From Basidiobolus meristosporus CBS 931.73 (lineage: Eukaryota > Fungi > Basidiobolomycota): a stretch of DNA of 64,000 bases. The position numbers were made by a program, and so were the translations under genes. This document shows positions 61,626 to 64,000 of this stretch, piece by piece. Under the pieces are notes generated by a model. That model was not told the DNA's origin and searched no databases. It saw nothing but the letters and a program-made list of their open reading frames with translations. The stretch spans positions 124,001 to 188,000 of the forward strand of contig MCFE01000014.1 in NCBI GenBank assembly GCA_002104905.1. The letters run 5' to 3'. Within the stretch, counting starts at the first letter, position 1, and every line of letters starts with the position of its first letter.

Positions 61626-63209
61626 AAAAGAACACCAGCAAAAAATCAGATGAATTCCAAGTTTGAGATTCTTTATAGGGTATAATTACAATAGCAGGCT
61701 ATATAAACTGGGTTTTTTCACTACTGAATGAATTAGCCAACCCCCACCCAGCCAATCACAAGCATTAGTGCTACTAGTGACTCCAATCAGCAACGTGATG
61801 GGAAATAATGGAGGGAGGCTTACGAATACCTCCGTATAAATACCCACAATACTACTCGCACCTCTTGACCACGATATACCAATTGTGCCCAATGTTTACG
61901 CATCATGAATACTGAGCTTCTGTGTTTGGGCAGCTCAGCAAGAAAATAGCCTTGGCTGCCATGGCTCACCACGCAAGAGATTCATGATTGATCTAATAAC
62001 TTGCCTATCTTGCTAGCTGGAGATGATGAATCTATGGAGTATGTATGCGCCCAAGCCAATTATTTTAATTTGGTGGATCTGAATTTTGAGTTGCTGGAGA
62101 TTCTGGCCAGTGCTGAGGATATACGTTGCTGACTTGAAAGCAACACTAGGCCTCCAGTGATCATACTCACTAGGGCTCCTGTTGAACGCGAACCCACTGG
62201 AACATTTTTGTGCAGGGTGTTAGGAGGGAGATTGTAAATGTGTTTAAACCAACTATTTTTGAGAATTTTTATTATGGCTTCTGAGTTGCAATTGGTCCCT
62301 GCCAGTATTGTGGCCGGCACCTTCACCGGCACCTTGAATGGTTGTTGGGCTTTACCTGACGAGGAATTGACATGCTGGGTAATTGAATGGAACACAGGAG
62401 TAATGCACACTTCCTATACTTCACGAGCTCATATTTTGTCTGAAATTGCCAGCTATGAGAGGGCTTAAGTTGTTAGTACAAGGCCAAAGCTGGTAGTAGA
62501 GGTCATATTGGTAGCGGAGTCTGAATATGTAAGGGAACCAGAAAAGAGGGGTTCCTGGGTGTAAAGAGGCCAAATATTTTCTCGCAATACGGTGAGTTGG
62601 CACTCTAACCTGTAATGCACATATTTCATACTAGACACCAAACACCCTCTATTGAGCCATCCAAAATCATGCATAACCACACAATATCTCCGTAATGTAT
62701 GGCATTGATTAATAAGGCTGTAGGGAAGTAGTAGCAGAAACGGTTGATACCTTCGTAGAATAATTCTTGGTATATTAACCATAGCCAATACATGACTAAC
62801 AACCCGAAATCCACGCCATCGGAATGATCCCTGAGAACAATTGCCGTACAACAATAAAGCGAGGAATGTTTCGCTGCCAGAGATCGAGGTAGGTGTGTCT
62901 AGTCGTACCTATTTACTACGGCAGCTGCTTCAAAGCATCACCGGCTCAATGCAACCATTATGGCTTATACTACCTACGAAACTCTGAAAACAGCAGGCTA
63001 TGTACACGTCTATGACCATTGATAGACGTATGTATGTATCCCACGAGTTGTAATAGAAAAAGCTGAGAGGTTGTTTTTATTTTCACCAAGTTAGCTATGG
63101 AAGATCATCTCTGCTGGAATACGTATCTTGGTAGCATCTTGATTCACAGTTATCACACAAAAGACGCTCGAGTAAACAGCAAGCTTGCTACTGAAAAATC
63201 GGAGACAAC

Positions 63210-64000
63210 TCACTCGTCCTTGAAATTCTTCTCGACAGCAATCTCCCCACATTTCACGATAGTGATAGTGTCTGTGGGCCTGTTGGCTAGTGATTCGCTT
63301 AGTAACCACCAATAACATCAGAAGGCACACTGGAACTAACCTGAGACTGGAGTGTTTTCAATTTCGCGAACGACACTCATCCCTTGTAAGACTTCTCCAA
63401 ACACTACATAAAGTTTTAAGATGATTGGGTTTGAACACGCTGGAACAACACTCCAGCTCGATGAGAGGTACTTACCTACATGTTGGCCATCAAGCCAATG
63501 TGTTGGCTCAGCGGTAATGAAAAACTGTAGATAAGGATTAGGTTAAGTTCCAAAGGCTTATACGTGCATAGAAAAAGAACTCATTACTTGGGATCCGTTT
63601 GTGTCTGGTCCAGCGTTAGCCATACTCAGTAACCCTTTTACATTTGAAAAACAAGGTGGTTGGCCACAATGCGAATTGCTAGACGAACTTGGGCATGTTT
63701 ACCAGCTTTTGAATGTTCCAACTCAAAGCTCTCATCCTTGAAAGACTTCCCGTAAATAGATTTTCCACCTGTTCCATCGCCGTTAGTGAAATCACCACCC
63801 TGGATCATGAAGCCCTTGATAACTCTGTGGAATTTGCTGTCTTTATATCCATAGCCGTTCTCCCCTGTTGCTAACGTCACAAAATTCTTTACGGTCTTTG
63901 GAACCACGTTTCCATACAACCCAAACACTATTCTGCCTAGTTTTGTGTCCCCTTTGGTCACATCAAAATAAACTTTGTTGGTTACTCTAGGATCTGCCTG
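63210..64000 (-). CDS. CPR5: Cyclophilin B-like peptidyl-prolyl isomerase, 5' end outside window, multi-exon
   Basis: [59 protein letters not shown]. Apparent end NFKDE*. Confidence 0.85.

Noticed and set aside
61728-62795. Apparent long decayed + strand ORF
   Set aside because: Seven stops in the first 170 codons is about the random expectation, and any stop can be rationalised as C>T. No recognisable motifs.

Overview
Eukaryotic, intron-rich fungal DNA. It is most consistent with an early-diverging (zygomycete-grade, Basidiobolus-like) fungus; that assignment is inference and unconfirmed. The window has three compartments. (1) 1-25 kb is a CpG-depleted nest of transposons. It holds two full-length Ty1/Copia elements with TSDs (one with apparently identical LTRs), further Copia fragments and solo LTRs, a 1.1-kb solo-LTR-like insert, and a decayed tRNA-His-primed Ty3/Gypsy element with an extra 3' ORF. 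It also holds a complete two-gene PHIS (Pangu-type, ANT TSD) DNA transposon, an older inverted copy of that family, and a broken repeat-containing gene of unknown function. (2) 26-56 kb is a gene-dense block of housekeeping genes: HSP60, epsin, JAC1/HSC20, a small EF-hand protein, transportin, an L-type lectin, PRO1, a five-TOG XMAP215/STU2, a SIKE-like protein, TPA1, ATP16 and UBC6. (3) 56-63 kb is a gene-poor, LTR-containing island carrying two tandem intronless paralogs for small secreted cationic proteins (Gly-zipper repeats plus a Cys-rich domain), followed by the 3' part of a cyclophilin gene. The most striking observations are the intact transposase ORF with zero CpG inside an otherwise CpG-rich element, and the secreted Gly-zipper/Cys protein pair.
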